The translations under genes and the position numbers were made by a program. DNA of 64,000 nucleotides from Trichosphaerium sp. ATCC 40318 (lineage: Eukaryota > Protista > Tubulinea), in the NCBI GenBank assembly GCA_038496445.1, contig JALMLS010000015.1:62001-126000 (forward strand), in the 5' to 3' direction. The notes beneath the pieces are model-generated. The model had not been told where the DNA came from. It saw only the letters and a program-made list of their open reading frames with translations, and did no database searches. Of the stretch, positions 63,201-64,000 are shown piece after piece. Positions within the stretch are counted from its first letter, which is position 1. Every line of letters starts with the position of its first letter.

Positions 63201-63752
63201 TTACGCCCAACCGACCTGCTTAGCAGTGTTGTGATCGTTCCACACTTTTGTCATACGATTGATTTTACCTTCTTTGTTGGTGTACATGACGTAGACATAG
63301 TTGGATACACACGACTTGTTTGTAGCAGGAGAAGGGCCTCCAGGTCCTTTATGGGTACCATGGAACTTGGCGTATCCCATGTAAATACCATCAGATCCAG
63401 AAAAAGATACTGGCTCATATCTGCACCCAGGCATAATCTCGGCGCATAGTCCTACAAGAGGTTTAGAATAATCGCTAAGAAAGAATAACAAAAAAAGGTA
63501 AAATACTCTGTAACAGCTTGAAAGGCGTTACACTCGCGCTTTCAAGCACACAGCACCATTTTCAAAACGCTTTAGCGCTTATCAACAGTTTTTCGTACCT
63601 TTCATCCACTCAGCGTAAGCTGATAGCGTCTTGATGTCTTTTAACATATCTGCTTGGCAATCAAACGTAGCATCGGCTGTAATGTATTGTTTGATACCTT
63701 CAGCGCCTTTACCAGTTTCAATAGCGTCAAAAAAAGCTTTGATAGTATCCAT
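63201..63752 (-). CDS. SnoaL-like/NTF2-fold (ester cyclase-type) protein, bacterial-type, 2 exons
   Basis: FFDAIETGKG...ATFDCQAD...YAEWMKG | ...FHGTHKGPGGP.PATNKS..SNYVYVM...INRMTKVWND...QVGWA. Confidence 0.8.
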
Positions 63753-64000
63753 TTGATCTCTTGTTGTGATGACTGTGCTTTGTTGCAACTATGATTATAA
63801 ATAGAAAGTGAGACTTCTGCTTTTTCCGGAAAGAGGATATAACTCGTGCTGTAGAAAACATACTATTTCGATCAGTGCACAGTCTTTTTTTAACTTTCTG
63901 TTTTCTGTAACAAGTTCTTTAATGTTCTTGTATTATTCAAGTGGTTTTATGCGAGATTATGCCTTTATTGGCAAGCGAAGCGTAACCAAGGCCACAAGTG

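Noticed and set aside
700-63788. Non-standard genetic code to explain short ORFs
   Set aside because: Interruptions coincide with GT/GC-AG introns, and TAA, TAG and TGA all occur as true stops.

Overview
This is gene-dense, AT-rich, intron-rich nuclear DNA from a microbial eukaryote. The small GT(ACG)...AG introns, SH2 domains, Zn2Cys6 factor and MLO gene suggest an amoebozoan-like protist (inference). The ORF track is fragmented because nearly every gene is spliced, so I stitched gene models by hand and their ends are approximate. About 24 protein-coding loci are present: F-box/LRR-CaaX, a giant TPR protein, Enhancer of polycomb, an aralar-like carrier, USP, SCCPDH, eS30, RhoGAP, UBAC2, a Zn2Cys6 TF, TatD, eIF4E3, a Rho/Cbl-like/SH2/UBA fusion, RhoGEF, F-box proteins, MLO-EF-hand, a repeat-nuclease, two ankyrin-ADP-ribosyltransferases and two bacterial-type small genes. 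I recognised no rRNA, tRNA, CRISPR array or transposase. Highlights: (1) a probably mitochondrion-targeted protein of ten ~70-aa Trp-rich repeats built from phase-2 exon modules and ending in a RAP/Vsr-like nuclease domain, a candidate modular nucleic-acid-targeting nuclease (50934-55261); (2) an unassigned ~290-nt highly structured RNA with a TATA box and oligo-T end (minus strand, ~14336-14632); (3) a head-to-head pair of ankyrin/Zn-finger/PARP-like genes centred on a perfect 106-bp inverted repeat, with a second near-identical conversion tract.
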